Below are positions 1-7,508 of a stretch of DNA of 17,275 nt, one piece after another (position 1 is the first letter of the stretch; the number at the start of each line of letters is the position of its first letter). The notes under the pieces were generated by a model. It saw only the letters and a list, made by a program, of their open reading frames with translations, had not been told where the DNA came from and did no database searches. This stretch comes from Candidatus Zixiibacteriota bacterium (GTDB lineage Bacteria > Zixibacteria > MSB-5A5 > GN15 > JAAZOE01), in the NCBI GenBank assembly GCA_043819555.1, contig JBDREQ010000016.1, positions 1 through 17,275 on the forward strand, in the 5' to 3' direction. The translations under genes and the position numbers were made by a program.

Positions 1-25
1 CGAAACCACGGGGATTTCGACCGAC
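1..25 (-). repeat. REP-like palindrome copy, truncated by the window edge
   Basis: Minus strand reads GTCG-GTCGAAATCCCCGTGGTTTCG, 22/25 identical to GTAG-GTCGAAATCCTCGCGGTTTCG at 3119-3143. Confidence 0.65.
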
Positions 26-276
26 AATTCTGGATACCCGCAAAAGCCCTTTCAGATCTTGCTCGGGTATGAAAATTTGAATGGCGGTTTGGTTTCGTAA
101 TCACCACCGAGTTGATATGACCGAAAACGTTAATCTGAGGAAACAAACCCATTTTGTTTTTTGCAGATCGGTGTTCCGAGGGCGACAGCCCGAAAAACCC
201 AACAGATTCCCCCCCCATTAGTGACATGTCGTGTTAATATAGAATTTTGTGGCTGAACATTGAAAGGAGTTCAGTC

Positions 277-426
277 ATGCGATGTGGTAAATGGGATTCG
301 AAAATGAAAGCCAGGATCGTTCTGGAAGGATTGGCGGGTCGTTCAGTATAAAAGATTTGAGGTGAGTACTAGGTTGGTCCGACGCAGTTTTATCGATGGC
401 GCGATCAAATCTTGAACAAGGCTTAT
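277..426 (+). pseudogene. Degenerate IS3-family transposase OrfA (HTH) remnant
   Basis: Not in the ORF track. SD AAAGGAG (263-269) precedes ATG at 277. Translation MRCGKWDSKMKARIVLEGLAGRSV*KI*GEY*VGPTQFYRWRDQILNKAY matches the IS3 OrfA pattern K..IVLEGL.G......C.EY......Y.WRDQ, with stops TAA349, TGA358 and TAG370. No OrfB follows. Confidence 0.75.
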
Positions 427-750
427 TTGGAACGAGGTTTGAACCATAAATTTCCGAATGGTGTCCGGGGTCACAAACTGCATCTGATGTGGACAAAGGT
501 AGCCAGACGACGTTGCTAAGATTCATGAATGCCTGTTCCAGCCGCAAAGTTCATCAGGCGTTTAACGGCTATAATAATCCCCAAAAGCAATGCCGAGACG
601 GAGCGGATGAGGTGGACAATAATGTAAAATGTATTTGGTATCGTGATGAAAAAAGGCCTAATCTTCTTTGCCTTTTGGCGGGAATTATTATATTTTGGTG
701 GAACCATACGGATAGATTGGCAAAATCCTTAATTTGGCGATTTTCATTTA

Positions 751-1443
751 TTGGGGAGGTTTGTTATCGCACCGCTCAGTCATGACCCGCAGTTTCGTTC
801 GGAAATTAAACTTTTGATTGCCGACGAAAGAAAACTCTTCAGGCAGGGGCTTATTGCCCTTTTTACCAAGGAACCCGGAATTCTTGTCGTTGGCGATAGC
901 GGCGATGGTGTTGAAACCTTCGAACTCGTTATGAACAAAAACCCAGATGTAGTGCTTCTGAACATACGTTTGCCTCTTTTGGATGGACTGGGAGTCGCAC
1001 GGCGCTTAAGAAAAAAGACTGAAACTCCTGAATTCATATTTATGGCGAACTCTCATAACGAACAGATGATGCGAGAGGTCTTTGCTCTCGGTGGACGAGC
1101 TTACCTATTGCAGGATTGCGACTTTCGAGAAATGGTTTTTGCGATCAAGAAAGCTTCGATGGGTGATTTTTACCTGACAGGCCCCGCCGGACGCGAAATG
1201 GTCGACGAATACCTTAGCCCAACATTGGGCGAAGATGTTGAATACGGGAAAATATCACACCGTGAAAAAGAACTGGCAGTTTTACTCGCCGATGGCTATT
1301 CAACAAAAGAAGCCGCCGGATACCTAAATATCAGTATAAAAACCGCCGAAAATCACCGGGCAGCAATTATGAAAAAGATAAAGGCTAAAAACGTCACGGA
1401 TATTGTAAAATTCTGTATTCGAAATAATCTGATTAAAATATAG
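751..1443 (+). CDS. NarL/FixJ-family response regulator (atypical receiver + LuxR-type HTH); start codon uncertain
   Basis: N-terminal IKLLIADE...PDVVLLNIRLPLLDGL receiver fold; C-terminal ISHREKELAVLLADGYSTKEAAGYLNISIKTAENHRAAIMKK is a GerE/LuxR HTH. Confidence 0.93.
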   Translation: MGRFVIAPLSHDPQFRSEIKLLIADERKLFRQGLIALFTKEPGILVVGDSGDGVETFELVMNKNPDVVLLNIRLPLLDGLGVARRLRKKTETPEFIFMANSHNEQMMREVFALGGRAYLLQDCDFREMVFAIKKASMGDFYLTGPAGREMVDEYLSPTLGEDVEYGKISHREKELAVLLADGYSTKEAAGYLNISIKTAENHRAAIMKKIKAKNVTDIVKFCIRNNLIKI

Positions 1444-1449
1444 AGTATT

Positions 1450-1479
1450 TTGACCACACTTAGGTATAATTATTATAAA
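1450..1479 (+). promoter_or_regulatory. Candidate sigma70 promoter for gdhA
   Basis: TTGACC (1450-1455), 18 nt spacer, TATAAA (1474-1479). The region is AT-rich, so a chance match is possible. Confidence 0.35.
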
Positions 1480-1519
1480 ATATAGGGATAATATTTTGCG
1501 CAATAGTTGTTATTGGCTA

Positions 1520-1537
1520 TTGTGAAAATTTTCACTA
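1520..1537. promoter_or_regulatory. Putative Rex operator (alternatively a CRP/FNR-family site) upstream of gdhA
   Basis: TTGTGAA-AATT-TTCACTA matches the Rex consensus TTGTGAA-N4-TTCACAA at 13/14 defined positions; it also fits TGTGA-N6-TCACA with one mismatch. Confidence 0.6.
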
Positions 1538-1680
1538 ATTGTATATTCATGAGTTATTTTGGAAACCGTGCGGCCGCTTTTGCACAGAGTCGAGCAGGGC
1601 AGAGTATTATGCCGCCCGGGCAAGGAGAAATAATACAGCAGTTTTCACGTGAGTCTGTAAATTAACTAAGGAGAAAAACA

Positions 1681-3045
1681 ATGTCTGATTATGTTGCTGA
1701 TTTTATGGCCAGGCTTAAGGCCAAGAATCCGGCTGAACCCGAATTTCATCAAGCCGTTCAGGAAGTCATTGAATCGGTTTCGCTGGTTCTGGATAAACAC
1801 CCCGAATATCGCAATGCCAAAATTATGGAACGTATTGCTGAGCCGGAAAGAGTTATTATGTTCCGCGTGCCGTGGATGGACGACCAGGGCAATTATCAAG
1901 TCAATCGCGGCTTTCGTATTGAAATGAATAGCGCCATTGGGCCATACAAAGGGGGGCTGCGTTTTCATCCTTCAGTCAACCTCGGTATCCTGAAGTTTTT
2001 GGCCTATGAACAAGTTTTCAAAAACAGCCTGACAACTCTGCCGATGGGCGGAGGCAAGGGCGGATCCGATTTTGATCCCAAGGGCAAAAGCGATAATGAA
2101 GTTATGCGTTTCTGCACCAGCTTCATGATGGAACTGTTCCGTCATATCGGGCCGAATACAGACGTTCCGGCTGGTGACATTGGCGTTGGCGGCCGTGAAA
2201 TTGGTTTTCTCTTTGGGACCTACAAGAAAATCCGTGATGAGTTCACCGGCATATTAACCGGTAAGGGTATCAACTGGGGCGGTTCTTTGATTCGCCCGGA
2301 AGCGACCGGTTATGGCGCGGTTTATTTTGCGGCCGAAATGCTGGCTACTCGCGGCGAAACTCTCGAAGGCAAAACCTGTTTGGTTTCAGGTTCCGGAAAT
2401 GTCTTCCAGTATACTGCTGAAAAGATTCTTGATCTCGGCGGCAAAGTTATCACCGCTTCTGATTCAGGCGGTTATATTTATGATCCGGATGGTATTGATC
2501 GCAAAAAACTGGCCTGGATTATGGATCTCAAGAATGTTCGCCGCGGCCGCATCAAAGAATATAGCGACCAATTCAAATCCGCTACTTATACTCCGGTTGA
2601 TCCTAAGCTTGATCATAATCCACTCTGGGATCACAAAGCCAATTGCGCTTTCCCGTCAGCGACGCAGAATGAAATCAATGCCGTCGATGCTCAAAATCTG
2701 ATCAACAACGGCGTTTATGTTGTTTCCGAAGGCGCCAATATGCCGACCGTTCCGGAAGGTGTGGATATTTATCTGAAAAACAAGATTCTCTATGGTCCGG
2801 GCAAAGCCGCCAACGCCGGCGGTGTCGCGGTTTCCGGTCTTGAAATGTCGCAGAACAGCATGCGCTACAGCTGGACTCGCGAAGAAGTTGACAGTAAGTT
2901 GCATGGCATCATGAAGAGCATTCACAAAACCTGTATTGAAGCGGCCGATGCATATGGCCAAAGCGGCAATTATGTCGTTGGCGCCAACATTGGCGGTTTT
3001 GTCAAGGTTGCCAATTCGATGCTTGACCAGGGTATCTTCGGATAA
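1681..3045 (+). CDS. gdhA: Glutamate dehydrogenase, GdhA (NADP-type clade)
   Basis: GPYKGGLRFH, MGGGKGGSDFDPK, DVPAGDIGVG, RPEATGYG, EGANMP and KAANAGGV motifs; SD AAGGAG upstream. Confidence 0.97.
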   Translation: MSDYVADFMARLKAKNPAEPEFHQAVQEVIESVSLVLDKHPEYRNAKIMERIAEPERVIMFRVPWMDDQGNYQVNRGFRIEMNSAIGPYKGGLRFHPSVNLGILKFLAYEQVFKNSLTTLPMGGGKGGSDFDPKGKSDNEVMRFCTSFMMELFRHIGPNTDVPAGDIGVGGREIGFLFGTYKKIRDEFTGILTGKGINWGGSLIRPEATGYGAVYFAAEMLATRGETLEGKTCLVSGSGNVFQYTAEKILDLGGKVITASDSGGYIYDPDGIDRKKLAWIMDLKNVRRGRIKEYSDQFKSATYTPVDPKLDHNPLWDHKANCAFPSATQNEINAVDAQNLINNGVYVVSEGANMPTVPEGVDIYLKNKILYGPGKAANAGGVAVSGLEMSQNSMRYSWTREEVDSKLHGIMKSIHKTCIEAADAYGQSGNYVVGANIGGFVKVANSMLDQGIFG

Positions 3046-3082
3046 GCAACCCACATCGTTAGTTATTTTTTACTGCTATATA

Positions 3083-3112
3083 AAAAGCGGGGAGAATTTT
3101 CTTCCCGCTTTT
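3083..3112 (+). terminator. Intrinsic terminator after gdhA (possibly bidirectional)
   Basis: AAAAGCGGGGAGAA-TT-TTCTTCCCGCTTTT hairpin followed by a T-rich tail, about 40 nt after the stop codon. Confidence 0.8.
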
Positions 3113-3118
3113 ATTTAT

Positions 3119-3145
3119 GTAGGTCGAAATCCTCGCGGTTTCGAC
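3119..3145 (+). repeat. GTAG-type REP-like palindrome
   Basis: GTAG followed by GTCGAAA-TCCTCGCGG-TTTCGAC; a second copy lies at 1-25. Confidence 0.7.
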
Positions 3146-3185
3146 AAAAATATATTAAGCCTGTGTCAAATGCTCAAAGCGGGAA

Positions 3186-3345
3186 CCCACCTCAAAAAAA
3201 CGCTGCGCTTTTTTTAAGATGGGCCACGTGTCCAAAAAGAAAATCATCAAACCAAAAAGAAAAAGGAAACGTTCTTGATATTAATAAAAAAAAAGTGTTA
3301 CCCATGTGCCAGGTCTATTTTGTTACCCGGGTATGGGTCTGTTCA
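3186..3345 (+). mobile_element. Possible remnant right end of an IS481-like element
   Basis: Two tandem ~25-nt units, TGTTACCCATGTGCCAGGTCTATTT (3296-3320) and TGTTACCCGGGTATGGGTCTGTTCA (3321-3345), follow an A-run. An upstream hairpin (3186-3223) has a CGCTGCGC loop. This resembles IS481 right ends as I recall them; no transposase is present. Confidence 0.5.
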
Positions 3346-3387
3346 AGCACACGAGGTGTAGTTGACGCCTGCCGCCCACCCAATAAT

Positions 3388-3430
3388 GTCGGGTTTCTCA
3401 TTCATTTCATTCGTTTGGAACCCGACCTAC
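3388..3430 (-). repeat. GTAG-type REP-like palindrome (second type)
   Basis: Minus strand reads GTAG-GTCGGGTTCC-AAACGAATGAAATGAATGA-GAAACCCGAC and shares its GTAGGTCG start with 3119-3145. Confidence 0.65.
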
Positions 3431-3465
3431 CGGATTATTCTTCTGGCGATACGCATAAAATTTAA

Positions 3466-4062
3466 TCATCCCTCTATCTCATCCGCTGTCTTCAAATCAA
3501 TTGGTGTGCCTCGTTTGCGGAGGTTCTCGATAAGAGAAAGCTTGTAGCCTTCCGGTTTGTCAGTTGGGAGTTTGACTTTGATAGTAACGTCATCCGCGTC
3601 GATGCGAAATACGGCAGTTATCAAAAGTATTTTATCATATTCTTTTTCACCCGAGGTAATCGGGAGAAAGTTGCCTTCGGGTTGATATTTCTCCATCAAT
3701 TTCTGGAGAGCGAAACATCTTGCGTTTTTGTCATTGACAATTCCCGCCCGCCCTTTGATTAATACTGATTTAAACAAATGCGTTGCTCCTCCCGCATTAT
3801 TATCGGACAGCCAGTAAGAAGGTATGATCGAAAGAGGAATATCAACGCTGAACGTTACCCTTGGAGTGAGTACCAATAAATCATATTTTTCGCCTTCGAC
3901 CGCTCCATGAAAGTAAATAACGCGGTCGATTGAGATAAAATTCACCGGAATGACGCGTGGATAGCCATCCTTAGTCATAATTCCCAGATACCCGACGTCG
4001 GCTTCGGATGCGATTTGATCGAACACCGCCATATCTTTTGATTCAAGTTTCTTCCGTCTCAT
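3466..4062 (-). CDS. Pyridoxamine 5'-phosphate oxidase-like (NimA-type) flavin-binding protein
   Basis: MRRK N-terminus, GYLG...DGYPRVIPVNF, IYFHGAVEGEK, PRVTFSV, FKSVLIKG and ALQKLMEKY motifs; SD AAAGGA. Confidence 0.88.
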   Translation of the reverse strand: MRRKKLESKDMAVFDQIASEADVGYLGIMTKDGYPRVIPVNFISIDRVIYFHGAVEGEKYDLLVLTPRVTFSVDIPLSIIPSYWLSDNNAGGATHLFKSVLIKGRAGIVNDKNARCFALQKLMEKYQPEGNFLPITSGEKEYDKILLITAVFRIDADDVTIKVKLPTDKPEGYKLSLIENLRKRGTPIDLKTADEIEG

Positions 4063-4207
4063 ATTTCAGTCCTTTCGGTTTACCAAAAACCTATCGTATT
4101 ATAATGAGATTCTATCCGCAGTTCAATCTGGATTTTCTCCCGTTCCCTGCGTATTATCCCGTATATCTTTATTACGTTAGACCGATGACCTGAATGAGCC
4201 AAATATT

Positions 4208-7180
4208 TTGAGAGATTATGATTTAAATGATCTGGAGCATGGGCGCGGGAGCCGGTTTGTCCGTTTTCAGGATTTGATGAAATTTCGGATAAACAATGTG
4301 CTTTTGGTCTCAAGCCTGTACGACTCATTTATTCTCGGAGAAGACGGGCAATTATACGAAATGCTCGTCAGCGAATATATCGGTTTGAATCTGTCGCAGC
4401 CGCCCGGACTGACTCGAGTTTCCAGCGGCAGGGAAGCTTTGGAACAACTTCATGAAGGCATTAAGTATGATTTAATTATAACGACCCTGCGCCTGGATGA
4501 TATGCATGTTCTGGAGTTTGCCAAACAATTCCGCAATTCCGGAAATGACACGCCTCTGGTTTTATTGACATACGATAATCGCGAACTCAACGAATTGACT
4601 TCCCGTCCCGAGATTAAGCACTTTAATAAAATCTTTATGTGGCAGGGGAATTTTAATATTCTTCTGGGGATTATCAAGTGTATCGAAGATCTCGCTAATG
4701 TCGAACATGACACTAATCTGATCGGCGTCCAATCGATTATTTTAGTCGAGGATAATGTCAAATTTTATTCCTCATATCTGCCAATAATATATGCCGAACT
4801 TCTGCGGCAGTCTCAACATGTAATATCAGAGGGCATCAATCTCGCTCATAAACTGCTTCGCATGCGCGCCCGTCCTAAAATTCTACTATGTACCGATTAT
4901 GAGGAAGCCTGGGATTATTATGTCAAGTATCATGAATCGATTTTGGGGATAATCTCCGACGTTCAATTTCCACGACAAGGGAAGTTCGATCCGAAAGCCG
5001 GCGTGACTTTTGCGAAGGAAATCATAAAATATCATCCTGATATCCCGATTTTATTACAATCATTTGACCCGCAAAGGGAATTAGAGGCGCATGAGATCGG
5101 TGCTTCGTTTCTTCTTAAAAATTCGCCAACACTGCTTCAGGAATTAAGCCGTTTTATGAAAGAATATTTTAGCTTTGGTGATTTCGTTTTCCGGTTTCCG
5201 AACGGCAATGTCGTCGGACGGGCTTCGGACCTCCGGGAAATGCGCGATAAACTGAAGACCATTCCAGAGGAAAGCTTACTATTTCATGCCGAGCGAAACC
5301 ATTTTTCCAACTGGCTCAAAGCGCGGACCGAGTTTTTATTGGCATATAAAATACGTCCCCAAAAGGTATCTGATTTTAAATCGATTGATGAGGTTCGGCA
5401 GTACCTGATTTCACGTTTGCAGGAATACCGGGTTTCTCAGCAGCGCGGCGCCATCATTGATTTTGATCCCGAGACTTTTGATCCCGAGGCGACCTTTGCC
5501 CGTATCGGTGGCGGTTCGCTGGGTGGTAAAGGCCGCGGTTTGGCATTTGCCGGGACATTGATTAATTCTTATGATACAACTTACAAATTTAATGGCGTTA
5601 GGATTTTTGTCCCACCGTCGGTGATTCTTGCAACCGATGTTTTTGACCGTTTCATGGAATTAAATGATCTCAGCGATTTTGCCATCCGTGAGACTGATGA
5701 AGAAACAATCGTTAACCGTTTCCTAAAAGCCGAATTGCCAGGCGATGTTAAAATCTGGCTTCGCGCTTACCTGGAGCAAGTCGATTATCCGATCGCGATT
5801 CGGTCATCAAGCATTCTTGAGGATTCGCAGTATCAGCCGTTTGCGGGGGTTTATCAGACCATTATGCTGCCCAACAATCACAATGATATGGAAATTCGTT
5901 TGCGGCATTTAATCTCATCGATAAAAAGAGTTTATGCCTCGACTTATTCGCGGTATGCCAAAGCCTATATCAAAGCGACGCCGTATCGCCTCGAAGAAGA
6001 AAAAATGGCCGTTATTCTGCAAAAGCTGGTCGGCAGTACCCACGATAAATATTTCTATCCCGATTTTTCAGGAGTGTTACGGTCGCATAACTTTTATCCG
6101 GTATCGCCCATGAAATCAGATGACGGCATCGCTTCCGTTGCGCTTGGACTGGGGCAGATGGTTGTTGAAGGCGGCAATACTATCAGATTCTGTCCGGTTT
6201 ACCCGCGGCATGCCATACAATTTGCAACCATTGAAGATACACTCAATTATTCACAGCGGGAATTTTATGCGGTTGAAATAACCGCCAAAGACGCAGTCTA
6301 TGATCCGGAAGAGAAAACCGATTCGATTAAGCTCAGTATGAGTGTTGCCGAGCATGACGGTGTTTTGGGTCCGGTCGGATCAACGTACAGTCATGAAAAC
6401 AATGTCATTTACGATGGTATCTCCCGCCCCGGGATGCGATTGGTAACTTTCGCAGGTATCCTCAAGAGCGGTATTTTTCCACTGGCCGATATAATGACCG
6501 AGATTATGAATTTGGGCCGGAAAGGTATGAGCGCTCCGGTTGAAATTGAATTCTCAGTAAATCTGAACGTACCGCCCAAAGAACCCAAAGAATTCTGTAT
6601 GCTTCAGATGCGGCCAATAGTTCTCAGGCATGAGCGGGAAGATCTCGATATCGGCGGCACACCAAACGAAGGCCTGATATGCCGAAGTTCGCAGGTTATG
6701 GGGAACGGGTTGATTGATACTATTCATGATATCATCGTCATCAATCAAGATAAGTTTGACCGCTCCAAAAGCGTTTCCGTCGCGCAGCAAATCGGAATAT
6801 TTAACAGGCAATTTCAGGCGGAAAGCCGCCAATACATTTTGATAGGTGTGGGACGATGGGGCTCGGCCGATCCCTGGCTTGGTATTCCTGTTACCTGGGA
6901 CGATATATCCGGGGCCAGCGTGATAGTCGAATCCGATTTTAATGATATGCGGGTCACGCCGTCGCAGGGAACGCATTTCTTTCATAATTTGAATGCCTTC
7001 AAAATAGGATATTTTACAATCGGCGGCGAACGGTCAGATGATTTCGTGGACTGGGGCTGGCTGATGTCCCAAAAGCCGATTTCAAACCGAGGATTGATCA
7101 GACATCTTCATTTTGAATCACCGCTGACGATTAAGATGGACGGCCACAATAACAATGGCGTGATCATCAAGCCGGAATAA
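4208..7180 (+). CDS. Receiver-domain / PPDK-PEP-synthase-type ATP-grasp fusion protein; start uncertain
   Basis: Two REC-like domains (DLIITT degenerate; LVED...IISD...LQS...LLK intact), then PPDK_N motifs LGGKGRGL, AIRSSSILED...FAGVYQT, MAVILQKLV, EIEF and LQMRP. C-terminal SQGTHFFHNL. No PEP/pyruvate TIM barrel. Confidence 0.88.
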   Translation: MRDYDLNDLEHGRGSRFVRFQDLMKFRINNVLLVSSLYDSFILGEDGQLYEMLVSEYIGLNLSQPPGLTRVSSGREALEQLHEGIKYDLIITTLRLDDMHVLEFAKQFRNSGNDTPLVLLTYDNRELNELTSRPEIKHFNKIFMWQGNFNILLGIIKCIEDLANVEHDTNLIGVQSIILVEDNVKFYSSYLPIIYAELLRQSQHVISEGINLAHKLLRMRARPKILLCTDYEEAWDYYVKYHESILGIISDVQFPRQGKFDPKAGVTFAKEIIKYHPDIPILLQSFDPQRELEAHEIGASFLLKNSPTLLQELSRFMKEYFSFGDFVFRFPNGNVVGRASDLREMRDKLKTIPEESLLFHAERNHFSNWLKARTEFLLAYKIRPQKVSDFKSIDEVRQYLISRLQEYRVSQQRGAIIDFDPETFDPEATFARIGGGSLGGKGRGLAFAGTLINSYDTTYKFNGVRIFVPPSVILATDVFDRFMELNDLSDFAIRETDEETIVNRFLKAELPGDVKIWLRAYLEQVDYPIAIRSSSILEDSQYQPFAGVYQTIMLPNNHNDMEIRLRHLISSIKRVYASTYSRYAKAYIKATPYRLEEEKMAVILQKLVGSTHDKYFYPDFSGVLRSHNFYPVSPMKSDDGIASVALGLGQMVVEGGNTIRFCPVYPRHAIQFATIEDTLNYSQREFYAVEITAKDAVYDPEEKTDSIKLSMSVAEHDGVLGPVGSTYSHENNVIYDGISRPGMRLVTFAGILKSGIFPLADIMTEIMNLGRKGMSAPVEIEFSVNLNVPPKEPKEFCMLQMRPIVLRHEREDLDIGGTPNEGLICRSSQVMGNGLIDTIHDIIVINQDKFDRSKSVSVAQQIGIFNRQFQAESRQYILIGVGRWGSADPWLGIPVTWDDISGASVIVESDFNDMRVTPSQGTHFFHNLNAFKIGYFTIGGERSDDFVDWGWLMSQKPISNRGLIRHLHFESPLTIKMDGHNNNGVIIKPE

Positions 7181-7508
7181 GTGCCTATAGTTACATCACG
7201 TTAATGCTCGTCGAATATTCTGGCAGGCGCACAAGAGCGAACGCCACCGTATTATAGACAGATATTCGGATTTTTTAAATTCCCTTGCGAGAATGGTTGA
7301 TAATCTAATTTCTATATCGAACCTCACTGTACATTATTGGATTAAGTGTGTACTTAAGGGTACGATGTATTTCATTCTATGCAGCATTTACCCTTATATG
7401 TTGCTGTCCCGCATTGATAAATTGAAAGATGATTTACCGGCATGGTAATTGCGTTTGACAATTTGTATTTTGATTTCTGGGGGTAGAGAAAGGTAGTTAG
7501 GGATTACA

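Noticed and set aside
1..227. Minus-strand frame open from ATG 227 to the window edge (MSLMGGESVG...)
   Set aside because: No SD or recognisable motif, and it runs through the REP-like palindrome; probably chance, though the rest cannot be seen.
349..372. Stop-codon reassignment in the OrfA-like frame
   Set aside because: All three stop types occur and neighbouring genes end normally with TAA, TAG and TGA; decay explains it.
275..785. Track ORFs 275-547(-), 489-785(+) and 516-707(-)
   Set aside because: No motifs; mutually overlapping, and one is antisense to the IS3 remnant.
1571..1584. Sigma54 promoter upstream of gdhA
   Set aside because: GG and GC are 8 nt apart, not the required 10.
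3296..3345. Tandem repeat as a CRISPR array
   Set aside because: Only two degenerate adjacent units, no spacers and no cas genes.
3163..3547. ORFs 3163-3465(+) and 3362-3547(+)
   Set aside because: They cross A-runs, hairpins and repeat debris, with non-protein-like composition.
4208..7180. Calling this gene ppsA or ppdK
   Set aside because: It lacks the C-terminal PEP/pyruvate barrel and the canonical GGxTSHAA motif, and carries receiver domains.
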